Program-made: the position numbers and the translations under genes
Origin: Candidatus Dojkabacteria bacterium UBA2222
GTDB lineage: Bacteria > Patescibacteriota > Dojkabacteria > SC72
Assembly: GCA_002328465.1 (NCBI GenBank)
Contig: DCUE01000065.1
Location: 143 to 25,680, forward strand
Direction of reading: 5' to 3'
DNA length: 25,538 nt
Notes under the pieces: generated by a model
The model's database searches: none
Told to the model about the DNA's origin: nothing
What the model saw: only the letters and a program-made list of their open reading frames with translations
Shown: in pieces, positions 24,932 to 25,538 of the stretch
Position numbering within the stretch: the stretch's first letter is position 1
Layout: each line of letters starts with the position of its first letter

Positions 24932-24938
24932 TTAATAT

Positions 24939-25283
24939 ATGGTAAAGTCTTTTAATAAAAATAATTTAGATGAGAAGAAGCAATTCTTTATTGATACTAT
25001 TGCTAAATTTTGCGATAAATGTGGTAATCCTTATTCTAGGAGTGATTTAGAAATAATACAGGACACAAATATATCGAGTATTATACACTTCTCTTGCGTA
25101 AATTGTAAATCAAATCATATTGCAACTTTCTTTAAACCAATTGGAATAAGCAATAGGATGCCGATTAACACAGACTTGAATGTAGAGGAAATAGGGAAAT
25201 TCTCTTCAATGAAAGAGACTTCTGTAGAGGAGATTCTCGATCTTTATCTTTATTTAAAGGAGCAGGAGAAAGTAGTTCTTTAA
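24939..25283 (+). CDS. Conserved CPR-type Zn-ribbon protein of unknown function
   Basis: CDKC..CVNC four-cysteine motif, then TDLNVEEI..SVEEILD pattern recalled from Patescibacteria hypotheticals. Confidence 0.7.
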   Translation: MVKSFNKNNLDEKKQFFIDTIAKFCDKCGNPYSRSDLEIIQDTNISSIIHFSCVNCKSNHIATFFKPIGISNRMPINTDLNVEEIGKFSSMKETSVEEILDLYLYLKEQEKVVL

Positions 25284-25538
25284 CTATCTCTGCCACGAGA
25301 TATAGAATTCTTGATCTGAGGAAAGCTCAAAACGTCTGTTCACATTATTCTCAATCCTTGTTAGACCCTCATTGCTTTCAATAACCCAAGCCTCTGGATA
25401 ATTTATTGATAAATTATATGAATCTTTCCTACTACCAGGCTGTTTATATATATCTAGGTACATTTCATAATGGGAGTCAGCTTTTATCAATACGAAATTA
25501 GAGGTATTAGAATCCTTGATAACACGATATTTGATTTC
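25284..25538 (-). CDS. 3' end of a gene running off the window, possibly a DUF4012-family protein
   Basis: Frame is open to the window edge (EIKYRVIKDSNTSNFVLIKADSHYEMYLDIYKQPG..SINYPEAW..). Y.L.I.KQPG..YP..W resembles DUF4012-protein C-termini. Confidence 0.5.
   Translation of the reverse strand, partial: EIKYRVIKDSNTSNFVLIKADSHYEMYLDIYKQPGSRKDSYNLSINYPEAWVIESNEGLTRIENNVNRRFELSSDQEFYISWQR

Noticed and set aside
1-25538. CRISPR arrays, IS elements, tRNA-linked integration sites
   Set aside because: No regularly spaced repeats, transposase/integrase motifs or duplicated tRNA 3' ends were seen by eye.

Overview
AT-rich chromosomal window centred on the replication origin of a bacterium that looks like a Patescibacteria/CPR member. 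That assignment is inferred from CPR-type pilin, PilN/PilO-like and other conserved hypothetical proteins, short YidC, a C-terminally trimmed ValRS and the near-absence of Shine-Dalgarno motifs. Standard code 11 fits all long genes. Left to right: probable 5' end of tmRNA, GH1 glycosidase, TrmH methylase, stand-alone MASE3-like membrane sensor, degenerate pilin, tRNA-Ser(CGA), two membrane proteins, an atypical OmpR-family regulator, dnaN-oriC-dnaA, rpmH-rnpA-yidD-yidC-jag, a DUF998-like protein, a CaCA antiporter, tRNA-Ser(GGA) and tRNA-Arg(TCT), a baseplate-J-like bitopic protein coupled to an FtsA-like ATPase, rnj, valS, an unannotated GC-rich 49-codon ORF/structured RNA, metG, pilN/pilO-like genes, rpoD, a Zn-ribbon protein and a partial gene. 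No CRISPR, IS or prophage was seen. Most notable: (1) oriC carries a textbook DnaA-box/GC/DnaA-trio unwinding module plus a second, inverted trio array, and uses a variant box TTATCAACA. (2) The valS-metG gap holds the only gene with a strong SD that I found, an 18-nt copy of the canonical 16S 3' tail and a long plus-strand rod fold. (3) An FtsA-like ATPase plus baseplate-J-like membrane protein pair. (4) An orphan pseudo-receiver regulator beside oriC. All family calls are from motif recognition by eye; no database searches were run.
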